A stretch of DNA of 64,000 bases from Clostridiales bacterium (GTDB lineage Bacteria; Bacillota; Clostridia; Christensenellales; CAG-138): assembly GCA_004554165.1 (NCBI GenBank), contig SFNQ01000020.1, forward strand, positions 3,601-67,600, in the 5' to 3' direction. A program made the position numbers and the translations under genes. Shown piece by piece: positions 45,140-55,196 of the stretch (position 1 is its first letter; each line of letters opens with the position of its first letter). The notes under the pieces are model-generated. The model was not told the DNA's origin and searched no databases. It worked only from the letters and a program-made list of their open reading frames with translations.

Positions 45140-46066
45140 ATGGCATTTTTCGATTCACTGGGCGGATATATCAATACCGATATCAGTCTCGCGACACCGA
45201 TTCTGCTGGCAGGTCTTGGCCTGCTGATCATCAACCGCGCGGGCCTTCTGAACATCGGCGCAGAGGGCACGATGCTCATCGCCACAATCATGGCGGTGTA
45301 CGGTTCCTACATCAGCGGCAGCGTCTGGGTGGGCCTGATCTTTGCAATGGTCTCCGGCGCAGCGGTGGGCGCGCTGTTTGCGCTGCTGACCGTGACGCTC
45401 CGCGCCAACCAGACGGTTGTCGGCGCTGCAATCAACGTGCTGGGCTCCGGCCTGTCTGCAACGCTGTTCCGTATCATGTTCGGCGTCAGTTCGGAAGTCC
45501 CGGCCATCGACGTATTCCGCGTTTGGAAAATCCCGGGCCTCTCGGCGATCCCGGTCATCGGCGAGGGCCTCTTCTCCCACATGCCCATGGTGTACATCGC
45601 ATTCCTGCTGGTTCCCGTAATGTCCTACTTCCTGTTTAAAACCCAGGCGGGCCTGAATCTCCGCTCTGTGGGCGAGAACCCGAAGGTGGCGGATACGCTG
45701 GGCATCAACGTGTACCGCACCCAGTACATCGCAGCCATCGTCGGCAGCATGATCATCGCGCTGGGCGGCGCCTTCATGTCCACGGGGCTCACCAAGTTCT
45801 TCTCCGAGGAGATGGTCTCCGGCCGCGGTTACATCGCGCTGGCCGCGGTGGTGTTCGGGCGCTATAAGCCCTCCGGCATCATGGGCGCGGCAATGGTGTT
45901 CATGGCGGGTATCGTCATTGCGAACATCCTGATGGCGCAGGGCGCCGGTATTCCGTACCAGTTCCTGAACATGATCCCATATGTGCTGACGGTCATCGCG
46001 CTTGCGGCATTCGCGCACAGCGCAGTGGCGCCGGCAGCGTTGGGCAAGCCTTACAAGCGCGGTTAA
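45140..46066 (+). CDS. ABC permease (BMP/nucleoside system, subunit 2)
   Basis: GAGGAGG upstream. A multi-pass membrane protein of 308 aa. Confidence 0.85.
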   Translation: MAFFDSLGGYINTDISLATPILLAGLGLLIINRAGLLNIGAEGTMLIATIMAVYGSYISGSVWVGLIFAMVSGAAVGALFALLTVTLRANQTVVGAAINVLGSGLSATLFRIMFGVSSEVPAIDVFRVWKIPGLSAIPVIGEGLFSHMPMVYIAFLLVPVMSYFLFKTQAGLNLRSVGENPKVADTLGINVYRTQYIAAIVGSMIIALGGAFMSTGLTKFFSEEMVSGRGYIALAAVVFGRYKPSGIMGAAMVFMAGIVIANILMAQGAGIPYQFLNMIPYVLTVIALAAFAHSAVAPAALGKPYKRG

Positions 46067-46081
46067 GGGGGGAATGAACGG

Positions 46082-47623
46082 ATGGCTACAATTCTTGAAA
46101 TGCGGCATATTTACAAGCAGTTCCCCGGCGTGCTGGCAAACGCGGACGTCTGCCTCCAGGTTGAGGCCGGCGAAGTGCATACCCTGCTCGGCGAGAACGG
46201 CGCAGGCAAGAGCACGCTCATGAATGTGCTCTGCGGGCTGTATAAGCCGACCTCCGGCGAAATCCTCATCGAGGGCAAGCCGGTCAGGTTCAATTCCGCG
46301 AAGGACTCCATGGCCATCGGCATCGGCATGGTGCACCAGCACTTCATGCTGATCCCGACCATGACCGTGGTGGAAAACTGCCTCATCGGTTCCCACGATG
46401 CGGGCGGCATGAAGCTCGATCTCAAAACCGCCGCACAGAAGATCTCGGCGCTTGCCAAAGAATACAGCATGGAGCTGGATCCCTATAAGAAAATCGGCGA
46501 TCTGGCAGTCGGCGAACGTCAGCGCGTTGAGATCATCAAGGCGCTGTTCCGCGGCGCGCGGATTCTGATTCTGGACGAGCCGACGGCCGTGCTGACCCCG
46601 CAGGAGACGCACGAGCTGTTCAACATGGTACACAGCCTGACCGATAAGGGCTTCACGGTGCTGTTCATCAGCCACAAGCTGAACGAGGTGAAGGAAATCT
46701 CCAACCGCGTTACAGTCCTGCGCCTCGGCCGCACCTGCGGCACCTACAACATTGCGGATTGCTCGGTCAACGATCTGGCGCGCCTGATGGTCGGCCGCGA
46801 GGTCAGCTTCAGCATCGACCGCAGGCAGCAGGAGCAGGGCGCGCCGGTGCTCCAGATTGAAGATCTGACGCTGGGGCAGAAGGACTCCGAGGTTAAGACG
46901 CTGAACCACGTGAACCTGACCGTTCACGGCGGCGAGATTCTCGGCATTGCGGGCGTCGACGGCAACGGTCAGTCCGAGCTGGTGGAGTGCCTGACAGGTC
47001 TGCGCCGCGCAAGCGAGGGCAAGGCGCTGTACAAGGGCAAGGATCTGCTCAAGTGCAGCACCCGCGAGATCATGAGCCACGGCGTGTCCCACATTCCGCA
47101 GGATCGCCAGCGCACGGGCCTTGTCATGCCCATGCCGCTGCGGGAAAACTTCATCCTGCAGGACTACTACACGGAGGAATTCGGCAAGGGCGGGTTCATC
47201 GACTGGAAATACGTCGACGCATACAGCGACAGGTTGATCCGTGACTTTGGCGTCAAAACGCCGGGACGCTTTGAACTGGCGCAGAATCTTTCCGGCGGCA
47301 ACCAGCAGAAGGTCATCGTTGCCCGTGAGATCAGCCGCAAGCCCGAGCTGCTCATCGCCATGCATCCAACGCGCGGTCTGGACGTTGGCGCAATCGAATA
47401 CATCCATAAGAACATTATGGATCAGCGGGACAGCGGCATCGGCGTTCTGCTGGTCTCCACCGAGCTGGAGGAAGTTCTGAAACTCTCCGACCGCGTTGCG
47501 GTCATGTATGAGGGCGAAATCATGGGTATTGTGAAGCCCTCCGAAACCACCGTCGAGGAGATGGGCCTCATGATGGGCGGCATGCCGCTCGAAAAGATCC
47601 GCGGCGGCGGGGAAAACGTATAA
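46082..47623 (+). CDS. Duplicated-cassette ABC ATPase (RbsA/nucleoside-type)
   Basis: Two cassettes. Walker A GENGAGKST, a degenerate first-cassette signature (LAVGERQR), the second-cassette signature LSGGNQQK, and Walker B ILILDEPT. Confidence 0.9.
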   Translation: MATILEMRHIYKQFPGVLANADVCLQVEAGEVHTLLGENGAGKSTLMNVLCGLYKPTSGEILIEGKPVRFNSAKDSMAIGIGMVHQHFMLIPTMTVVENCLIGSHDAGGMKLDLKTAAQKISALAKEYSMELDPYKKIGDLAVGERQRVEIIKALFRGARILILDEPTAVLTPQETHELFNMVHSLTDKGFTVLFISHKLNEVKEISNRVTVLRLGRTCGTYNIADCSVNDLARLMVGREVSFSIDRRQQEQGAPVLQIEDLTLGQKDSEVKTLNHVNLTVHGGEILGIAGVDGNGQSELVECLTGLRRASEGKALYKGKDLLKCSTREIMSHGVSHIPQDRQRTGLVMPMPLRENFILQDYYTEEFGKGGFIDWKYVDAYSDRLIRDFGVKTPGRFELAQNLSGGNQQKVIVAREISRKPELLIAMHPTRGLDVGAIEYIHKNIMDQRDSGIGVLLVSTELEEVLKLSDRVAVMYEGEIMGIVKPSETTVEEMGLMMGGMPLEKIRGGGENV

Positions 47624-47639
47624 GCAAAAAGGCAGTCTG

Positions 47640-47678
47640 AAAAACGAGCCGGAAGCCGCGGCTTCCGGCTCGTTTTTC
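47640..47678 (+). terminator. strong rho-independent terminator
   Basis: AAAAACGAGCCGGAAGCC-GC-GGCTTCCGGCTCGTTTTT, a perfect 14-bp G+C-rich stem with flanking A/T runs. Confidence 0.9.
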
Positions 47679-47850
47679 CCGGGATGCCGGAGAATTTGAG
47701 GCGCCCCTCCAATTCCGCATGGCGGAATGCGTTTTGCGCAATGCGGAAACGAAATCCTTGCCCGCAGTGCCAATCCGAGCTATTCTAAGAGCAGGGCTAG
47801 GCGAAAGAGCCAATGCGACAGATCAAAACAGAACGGGAGGAACCAACAAC

Positions 47851-49092
47851 ATGCTGCTGATTCAAAACGCACGCATCCTCGGCCACAACAAGACAGAGGA
47901 TATCCTTGTGAGCGATGAAGGCAAGTATTTGAAGATCGAGCCGAAAATCGATGCATCCGCATATCCCAGCGCCGCAGTGATCGACGCGAAGGAAATGATG
48001 GCCGCCCCCACCTTCGTCAACACGCACATGCACTTCGACAAGGCCTATACCTCGCTCCGCGGCCGCGAGGACAGCACGGAAACCCTGGAGGATTCCATCC
48101 GCATCATGCACGACCGCATTCGGAACTACACCGTGGAGGACGTCCGCCAGCGCGCAACCCGCGCCATCCGCGAGTGCGTCATGTACGGCACCACAAAGCT
48201 GCGCACCAACGTTGACATCAGCAATCTCGACCCGAAGCTCGTAGCGCTTCAGGGCGTTCTGGAAGCCAAGGAGGCCACGAAGGACATCTGCGACCTGCAG
48301 GTCATCGCCTTCCCGCAGGAGGGTATCTTCCGCAACAAGGGGACCGATAAGCTGATGTACGAAGCCATGGACATGGGCTGCGACGTGGCCGGCGGCATGC
48401 CCGCTGCGGAGTGGCTGGACGAGCAAAAGCTCCGCCATGTGGACTTTGTGTTTGAACTGGCGGAAAAGTACGACACGCCCATCGACATGCACATCGACCA
48501 GTCCAAGGACATGTTCGACCGGTCCCTCGAGTACACCGCATGGCTGACGCTTGAGAAGGGCTGGGCCGGCCGCGTCACCGGCGGGCACTGCACCTCCATC
48601 GCCTATCAGAACCAGTCCCACGCCATCAAGGTCATGAAGCTGATCAAGGAAGCGGGCATGAACATCTGCACGAACACCCAGGTTCTTGCGATCATGGGCA
48701 TCGACGCAGAGCCCCGCACCCGCGGCGTAACCCGCATCCGCGAAATGGTGGACATGGGCATCAACATCGCCACCGCGCAGGATACCATCTGCGACGGCTT
48801 CCACCTCTACGGCACCGGCGATCCCCTGGATTACGGCCTGATCGGCGCCTACACCAGCCAGTACAACACGCCGGAGACTGCGAAGCTGATGTTCGACATG
48901 CTGACCACCCGCTCGATGAAAATCTTCGATCCGGACGCCAGGTACGGCATTGCGGTGGGCAACGACGCGGACCTGAACATCATTGATGCAGACAACGTGC
49001 AGGAGGCGCTGCGCACCCGCGCATCCCGCCCCTACGTTATCCGCAGGGGCAAGGTCATCGCCTCCTTTGAGCGCAAAGCCACCCTGCTCTAA
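47851..49092 (+). CDS. codA: Cytosine deaminase-like amidohydrolase
   Basis: Start trimmed to MLLIQNARIL, with GGGAGG 10 nt upstream. HMHFD metal motif. LQVIAFPQEGI, IDMHIDQ, RGVTRIREM..GINIA and RGKVIAS parallel E. coli CodA by eye. Confidence 0.75.
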   Translation: MLLIQNARILGHNKTEDILVSDEGKYLKIEPKIDASAYPSAAVIDAKEMMAAPTFVNTHMHFDKAYTSLRGREDSTETLEDSIRIMHDRIRNYTVEDVRQRATRAIRECVMYGTTKLRTNVDISNLDPKLVALQGVLEAKEATKDICDLQVIAFPQEGIFRNKGTDKLMYEAMDMGCDVAGGMPAAEWLDEQKLRHVDFVFELAEKYDTPIDMHIDQSKDMFDRSLEYTAWLTLEKGWAGRVTGGHCTSIAYQNQSHAIKVMKLIKEAGMNICTNTQVLAIMGIDAEPRTRGVTRIREMVDMGINIATAQDTICDGFHLYGTGDPLDYGLIGAYTSQYNTPETAKLMFDMLTTRSMKIFDPDARYGIAVGNDADLNIIDADNVQEALRTRASRPYVIRRGKVIASFERKATLL

Positions 49093-49537
49093 AAGCTCCA
49101 CGCCGTCGCTTCGCAGAAGAGCGGCCCCCCCTGTCTCCTGCGAAGCAATCCAGCGCCCGGTCAGGCTTCCCCTCTTGGCCGGGCGCCTTTTTGCACCTTT
49201 TTGGCGACTGAGCGGGGGCTGCTCCCGCGATAAAGGCACGAGCCGGCCGGCAATGCAGGAATCCGGGCGTACACGGGAGCGCATCAGTCGCCGTGCGGGA
49301 GGCCGATCGACAGCATTTTCTTCCTGCCACAGGACGCAATTGCTTGAGAAAATGCCAAAACCATGGTAAAGTAATGATACTCTCCGGCAGGCCGGGACAG
49401 TATCCAAAGATGTGAAAACTGTCCCCGGATTCCCTCTTTTGTCATGCGGCCGGACTGTCTGGGAACCTGCCCAGTCAAAGCGCCGCGTCCTTTCTGCCGG
49501 ACAGTATCGTGGTGTAAGACCTTCGGAGGTATCAGCT

Positions 49538-50380
49538 ATGGCTTCCAATCAGATACAATCTCTACAGCGGGCGATCCAGCTGCTGGAGGCAATGGACGAC
49601 GCGAGGCGGCCGCTCACCCTGCATGAGCTTGCGGCAGAAACAGGCCTGGTCAAGAGCACGGCGCACCGTCTGCTGGCAACGCTCAGAGAATCGGACCTGG
49701 TGGAACAGCTGGCGGATGGACGCTATGCACTCGGCCTGCATCTATTTGAGCTGGGCTGCTCGGCAGGATATATGCGGGACATTGTCTTTATCGCCAAGCC
49801 CTACATGCAGGCAATATGGCAGCAGACCAACGAATCGGTCAGCCTGTCTCTCCTGTCCCGCGGCGAGGCGCTGGTGCTCTCGCTGATCGAATCGACAAGT
49901 ACCTTCCGCGTGGTGGCGCGAACGGGCTCGAAGCTGCCGGTACACTGCACGGTACAGGGCAAGATTATGCTGGCGCACATGACGCGGGCAGAGGTGAAGC
50001 GCATCCTTCGCGAGCACGGCATGCAGGCCTATACGGCCAACACCAAGCGAAGCTATGAGGAGCTGGAGCCGGAGTTGCAGCGCATCCGCCGGCAGGGCTA
50101 TGCCGTGGACAACAATGAGTACCATGCGGGCCTCTGCTCCGTCGCCGCGCCGATCTACGACGAAAACGGCGCCGTCTCCTATGCCTTTTCCATCGTCAGC
50201 ATGTTCCATCAGGCCGATACGCCGGAGTTCCGGCACGCAAGAAACCTCGCTCTTGTTGCAGCGCGCGACATCTCCTTTGCGCTGGGCTATCGCGGCGATG
50301 CCTTTGCCAACGTGGTCGAGTCCGCCGAAACCTCGGGGCTGCTCGTGCCGGACAACAGGCGCGGCAGATGGCAGCCCTGA
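49538..50380 (+). CDS. IclR-family transcriptional regulator
   Basis: Start trimmed to MASNQIQSLQRAIQLLEAM, with GGAGG upstream. wHTH LTLHELAAETGLVKSTAHRLLATL and an IclR effector domain (YAVDNNEYHAGLCSVAAPI). Confidence 0.85.
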   Translation: MASNQIQSLQRAIQLLEAMDDARRPLTLHELAAETGLVKSTAHRLLATLRESDLVEQLADGRYALGLHLFELGCSAGYMRDIVFIAKPYMQAIWQQTNESVSLSLLSRGEALVLSLIESTSTFRVVARTGSKLPVHCTVQGKIMLAHMTRAEVKRILREHGMQAYTANTKRSYEELEPELQRIRRQGYAVDNNEYHAGLCSVAAPIYDENGAVSYAFSIVSMFHQADTPEFRHARNLALVAARDISFALGYRGDAFANVVESAETSGLLVPDNRRGRWQP

Positions 50381-50414
50381 CCAGAGCGGAAAACCCATCC
50401 GCAGGAGGACAGCG

Positions 50415-50442
50415 CTTCCGCCTGTAAAACGGAGGTTTTTTT
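50415..50442 (+). terminator. putative terminator after the IclR gene
   Basis: CTTCCG (50415-50420) pairs with CGGAGG (50430-50435, one G-U), followed by TTTTTTT. Confidence 0.5.
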
Positions 50443-50611
50443 CAGGGCCATGCGCCCATGGGGCCGTCCAGCGCCAAAAGACCCAGCCTGCGTTATACGC
50501 AGGCCGCGATGCGTCCCGTTCCAACAAAGCCGCAGATTTTTCCTGCGCCTGCCGCGCAGCGCTTTGTCAATTCACCGGCCCGGCGGTACGCCCCACCCCT
50601 GCCGGGCGAAC

Positions 50612-51364
50612 TCACCTGCACCTAGCCTGAAACTCCGAGGGTGTGAGGCCAACGATCTTACGGAAGGTACTGGAAAAATACGCAATATCGCGATAGCCCA
50701 CCTGCTCTGCCACCTCGTAGATCTTCACGCGGCAATCGCGCAGCAGCTGCATCGCCACATGCATCCGATACTGGGACAGATACTCCAGCAGCGTATAGTT
50801 CGTCTCCTTTTTAAAGATGTGACAGAGGTACCCCTCGCTGATGCCGACGCTCTTTGCAATGGAACCGACGCCGATGTCCGAGTCGTTGTAATGTCCCGCG
50901 ATAAAGGCGAGGGATTCCATGACATACTTGCTTTTGTCTCCTTTTTTGAGCTGCAGTGCGGGGAGCGCCGCTTCCGCCTGCCCCAGCTTTGCCATGAGCC
51001 GGGCGTGGATTGAAACGATCACCTGCTCGAGCTCTCCGTCGCGGAAGGGCTTGAGCAGATAGTCTGCCGCGCCGTAGCGCAAGGCGTTTTTTGCGTACTC
51101 AAAGTCGCTGTACGCCGTGAGGATGATGACCTGAGCATCACAGCCCTCCTCCCGGAGGCGTTTCAGCATCGCAATCCCGTCCATCCTGGGCATTTTGATG
51201 TCCGTAATGATGATGTTCGGCTGATATCGCAGCGCGGCGGCCAGACCCTCCTCGCCGTTCGACGCCTCGCCCACCACAAAGCAGTCCAGCGCCGTCCAAT
51301 CCACCGACAGGACGATGCCCTTGCGGACATAGGGTTCATCCTCAACGACGAGCACCTTCATCAT
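50612..51364 (-). CDS. Response regulator with an AraC-type HTH output (YesN-like)
   Basis: REC domain (VLVVEDEP, DIKMPRMDG, LLKPF) and an AraC HTH (GYRDIAYFSSTFRKIVGLTPSEF). ATGA overlap with the kinase stop. Confidence 0.85.
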   Translation of the reverse strand: MMKVLVVEDEPYVRKGIVLSVDWTALDCFVVGEASNGEEGLAAALRYQPNIIITDIKMPRMDGIAMLKRLREEGCDAQVIILTAYSDFEYAKNALRYGAADYLLKPFRDGELEQVIVSIHARLMAKLGQAEAALPALQLKKGDKSKYVMESLAFIAGHYNDSDIGVGSIAKSVGISEGYLCHIFKKETNYTLLEYLSQYRMHVAMQLLRDCRVKIYEVAEQVGYRDIAYFSSTFRKIVGLTPSEFQARCR

Positions 51365-53052
51365 GCAGAATCCCTCCTTTGTATCGGCAGCACCGCCGTA
51401 ACGACGGCGCCGCAGCCCGCTCCATTTGCAAAGCGCAGGCCATAGTCCGGGCCGTAATACTTCTTCAGGATCACGTTCACGTTGTACAGTCCGAGGTGGC
51501 CGCCGCTGCCCGGGCCCTCGCTTTGAAACCTTCTCAGCATTTCCTCCGAAAGGCCGCAGCCGTCGTCAGAAACGGAGATGCAAAGCTCCTGCTGCGCCGT
51601 CTCGCCCACGGCAACGGCGATGCTGCCGTTGTCCCGGTCGTTCAGGCCGTGCAGTATCGCATTTTCCACCAGCGGCTGGAGAATGAGCTTTGGGATCATG
51701 CAGTCGAGATAGGGCTCACAGCCGGACACCGTATAGGTAAACCTGCCCGGAAAGCGGATGCGCTGGATGCTGATATAGCGCATGAGAAGCTCCAGCTCCT
51801 CATAGAGCGGCACAAACTCCTCCGTGGAAATGCTGGAGCGCAGGATATCCGCAAGATCCATGGACATCTTCGAAATCTCCGGCACGCCATGCATCTTGCC
51901 GATCCACTTCATCGTGTCGAGCGTGTTGCAGAGAAAGTGCGGGTTCAGCTGCGCCTGCATCATGCGGATCTGCGCCTCGTCAAGGTCGCGCTGCCCTTTC
52001 ACGAGCCGGTCCATATAGGTCCTGAGCCGCTGGACCATCCGGTTAAAGTTCTCCGCCAGCTGGCCAAGCTCGTCCTGACTGTTCCGTTCCAGCCGGGTGT
52101 CGAGGCTGCCCTGCTCCACCTTCGCGATGGCTGCGTTCAACTGGCCGATGGGTTCCGAGAGCTGCCGGCTGAGCCGCAGCGAAACGGCGATGCAGAGCGC
52201 TACGCCCGCGAGCACGATCCCCGCCGTCACCGAAGTGAGCAGCCGCATGGTCTCCACCGTGAACACCTTCGGCTGGCGCAGGACAAGAAACAGTCCGCTG
52301 GCCGGTTCCTGCCGCGTGGTAAAGCTGTAATCGTCCGAGTAAAGCGGCGTGCCCTGCAGCAGCATGGCCCGGAGAGCGGAGGCAAGCCGCTCCGTCTCCG
52401 CTGCATGGGAACAGTAGATCGGCCGCCAATGCCCGTCGAGCAGCAGGAGCGTGTTCTGCGTGCCGTAGCTTCCGTGCAGGAGCTCGGAAAGGCTCTCCCC
52501 GGTCAGGCTTCCCACAAAGTAGCCCGCAGTTTCCCCGCTGCTTCCGCGAAGCAGCCGCGCCGCCTGCAGGATCGCATTAGACTGTGTGCCATCCGTTCCG
52601 CGGAGCACCAGCGCATCCGGCTCCGCTTCCGCCGCATACAGGATTCCCCAGTCTGTGGGCAGCGACTGCGCTGCCCGCCCCGAAGTGGAATACCGGAGCG
52701 CACCCGTCGCGTCATAGAGGTCGAACTGCATATGGGCGCGCAGTCCCTCCGTCGCATCGTACAGAGCGAAATAAACCTGCTGGCGGAACGCGCCGCCGCT
52801 TTCCAACTCATCCGTGATGAAAGCGTTCTTTGCCAGCGACTGGCCCACCTGCTCTGTCGTGCGGTACAGCGCGCCCAGCGAATCTGCGGTCGCGTCCAGG
52901 AGCAGCTCCGCCTCCTGATGCGCGCTTTCGGTCATCCGCGCACGGAAGATGACGATGAGCAGCACGCTGCAGAGAATGAGCGGGATCACCGTGAGCAGCA
53001 GCATGGAGAGAAAAATCCTGTTGCGGAAAGTGCCGCAAAACGCCCGCTTCAT
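51361..53052 (-). CDS. Sensor histidine kinase (YesM-like: 2 TM, HAMP, His_kinase, HATPase)
   Basis: Start trimmed to MKRAFCGTFRNRIFLSMLLL (ATGA overlap with the upstream stop). LNPHFLCNTLDT phospho-acceptor region and the DDGCGL ATP-lid region. Confidence 0.85.
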   Translation of the reverse strand: MKRAFCGTFRNRIFLSMLLLTVIPLILCSVLLIVIFRARMTESAHQEAELLLDATADSLGALYRTTEQVGQSLAKNAFITDELESGGAFRQQVYFALYDATEGLRAHMQFDLYDATGALRYSTSGRAAQSLPTDWGILYAAEAEPDALVLRGTDGTQSNAILQAARLLRGSSGETAGYFVGSLTGESLSELLHGSYGTQNTLLLLDGHWRPIYCSHAAETERLASALRAMLLQGTPLYSDDYSFTTRQEPASGLFLVLRQPKVFTVETMRLLTSVTAGIVLAGVALCIAVSLRLSRQLSEPIGQLNAAIAKVEQGSLDTRLERNSQDELGQLAENFNRMVQRLRTYMDRLVKGQRDLDEAQIRMMQAQLNPHFLCNTLDTMKWIGKMHGVPEISKMSMDLADILRSSISTEEFVPLYEELELLMRYISIQRIRFPGRFTYTVSGCEPYLDCMIPKLILQPLVENAILHGLNDRDNGSIAVAVGETAQQELCISVSDDGCGLSEEMLRRFQSEGPGSGGHLGLYNVNVILKKYYGPDYGLRFANGAGCGAVVTAVLPIQRRDSA

Positions 53053-54083
53053 GCGACGCCCCCCGTCCCTGCAAGCGCCGCCCAACACGCAAGGATATCG
53101 TCGTGCGCTGCGCTGGCCCAGGTCAGGTTATAATCGATGAGCCTGAGTTCCGCCTGCGCAGTCAGCCGGTCGGACGGCGGCACATCCGTCCGCACGGAAC
53201 GGCGGTAGAAGGCAGCCACGCGCTTTTGCACGTCGATGCCGATGACAAAGTCCAGAAATCGTCTGGCGTTCTCCTCGTGCGGCGCCCCCTTGATGAGCGC
53301 GCTGCCGTCCGGCACGGCGCTTGTGCCCTCCGCGGGATAGAGCAGCTGGATGTCGTCTCCCGCCGCAATGCGCTTGAGCGCCGTTTCCTCAAGGGTCACG
53401 CCGACGGGGAGCGTACCGTCCGCCACCGCCTCCACCACGTCGCCGGAGCCGGCGCACTGCCTGCCATCCAGGTTTTCTGCAAAGCGGGCCAGAATCTCCT
53501 CCGTCGTTCCCGGCAGCACCTGGCAGAGCGTTGCAAGCGCCGTGTAGCTCGAGCCGGAGGTGGCGGGATCCGCAAAGGCGATGCGCCCCTTCCACTTCGG
53601 ATCGACCAGATCGCTCCAGCCCGTGAGCTCCTCTTCCGCAACCAGCTTTTTGTTATAGATGAGCACGAAGGGCAGCGTTGTAAACGGCGCCCAGCAGTGA
53701 TCCTCCGAGCGGCAGCCCGGCAGCAAACGGGATTCTTCGCTGCTCTCGTAGGCGTCAAAATACCGTTTGTAGGAAGCGAGGCTCTCCACGCCGCCGCCAA
53801 ACATGATGTCGCCGGCGGGCGCGTCCGCCTCCTTTGCGATGCGCGCCAGCAGCTCGTTGGTGCCGCCGGTTTCCACCGTGACCCAGATGCCGGTACGGCT
53901 CTCAAACTCCGCGATGATCGGGCCGTAAACCTCCGGCTTATGCGAGGTATACACCACAAGCCGTTCGCTCTCCGCCGGCGCAAACGCCGCATCGTCCTCG
54001 CCCCGTTCCGCACAGCCGCCAAGCCCTGCCAGCGTCAGCAGAGCCATCAGCAGTCCGGCGAGAGAGCGTCCCCTTCGTTTCAT
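53049..54083 (-). CDS. Extracellular solute-binding lipoprotein co-encoded with the two-component system
   Basis: ATG 54083 is preferred (AAAGGA ~11 nt upstream). Lipobox LGGCA. LVVYTSHKPE..., ...DIMFGGG..., ...ADPATSGSSY are typical of iron(III)/thiamine-class SBPs. Confidence 0.7.
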   Translation of the reverse strand: MKRRGRSLAGLLMALLTLAGLGGCAERGEDDAAFAPAESERLVVYTSHKPEVYGPIIAEFESRTGIWVTVETGGTNELLARIAKEADAPAGDIMFGGGVESLASYKRYFDAYESSEESRLLPGCRSEDHCWAPFTTLPFVLIYNKKLVAEEELTGWSDLVDPKWKGRIAFADPATSGSSYTALATLCQVLPGTTEEILARFAENLDGRQCAGSGDVVEAVADGTLPVGVTLEETALKRIAAGDDIQLLYPAEGTSAVPDGSALIKGAPHEENARRFLDFVIGIDVQKRVAAFYRRSVRTDVPPSDRLTAQAELRLIDYNLTWASAAHDDILACWAALAGTGGVA

Positions 54084-54159
54084 CCCGGTTTCCATCCTTT
54101 GATTTGGAAGTATCGTATGAACGCACCCCGCGCTTTCCCGCGGGGTGTGCTTCGAAAGA

Positions 54160-54990
54160 TCAGAGCCTGGGGATCCAGTCGGTTATGATGTGCGCCACGG
54201 CGTCGGAATTGTTGTCCGGTACGACGTGATCCGCCATGGCCCGAATCTCCCCGATTGCATTCTCCGGCGCGAAGGAGACGTCCGCCTCGCGGAGCATGGC
54301 CGCATCGTTCCAGTAATCGCCGACGCAGAGAATCTTCCGCCCGGCAGTCTCCGGCAGCGCCCGCACGGTGCGAACGCCCGTTCCCTTGTTGACGCCGGCG
54401 GGCAGAAGCTCAAAATACTTCGCGTCCCTGACGATGTCCGTCGTTCCCTGCATGATTTCAAACGCCCTGTCAAGCCCGCGGGCACAGAGCATCGCTTCCG
54501 CGGCTTTCTGCTCCGCCTCCGGTCCAAAGATCAGAAGTTTGATCCAGTCCTCCCCCGCCAGCTCCTCCGCGGTACAGAATTTGCAGGGGCGGTGGATGTC
54601 GAGGTAGGGCTTGTTTGCCGTCTCCTCCGGTGTAACATAGGCGATAGCGTCCCGGGTGTAGACCTGGATGTCCAGCGCAGGCGCGTGTTCTCTGCACCAG
54701 GCGATCACGCTGCGCGCAAGGGCGCCGTCGATATGGCGGCAATCGGAATACCGTCCCGTCTCATAGTGATACACCGCGGCGCCGTTGAAAAGCACCGAGG
54801 GCGCGTTCAGCGGAATGCCGGGCAGGAATCTGGCCGCATTGTCCTTCGCTCTTCCCGTTGCCACGCCGAACATGCCGCCGCCCTCTACGAAGGCGCAGAT
54901 TGCGCGGCGATTCCCTTCTGAAATGCTGCCATCGCTTGAAAACAGCGTGGCATCCAGATCGCTGAGCAGAACGACGTCCCGGTATTGCAT
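54160..54990 (-). CDS. HAD-IIB (Cof-type) phosphatase
   Basis: Motif I LLSDLDATLF, motif IV GDYWNDAAML, and a cap domain in between. Confidence 0.8.
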   Translation of the reverse strand: MQYRDVVLLSDLDATLFSSDGSISEGNRRAICAFVEGGGMFGVATGRAKDNAARFLPGIPLNAPSVLFNGAAVYHYETGRYSDCRHIDGALARSVIAWCREHAPALDIQVYTRDAIAYVTPEETANKPYLDIHRPCKFCTAEELAGEDWIKLLIFGPEAEQKAAEAMLCARGLDRAFEIMQGTTDIVRDAKYFELLPAGVNKGTGVRTVRALPETAGRKILCVGDYWNDAAMLREADVSFAPENAIGEIRAMADHVVPDNNSDAVAHIITDWIPRL

Positions 54991-55196
54991 GCTGGTTCTT
55001 CCTCTTATCTGTCAATTCTTCGCGTAACCAAGTATAGCATATCACGATCTTCTTCGCAGCGGCAATTCTTTGAAATATCCGATTTTTTAAAATAATAACA
55101 AAACTGTCCCCTGTCATCCCCCTTGCGCTTTCCTGTAAAATGGTGGTGTCAGGGCGGGGTCTCCGCCCATACAAATCATATCAGGAGGAAAACAGA

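Noticed and set aside
42804-47773. 784-aa and 872-aa minus-strand ORFs (42804..45158 and 45155..47773) opposite the BMP ABC operon
   Set aside because: They are antisense shadows. The + strand encodes a complete SBP / two permeases / ATPase set with Walker motifs and SD sites.
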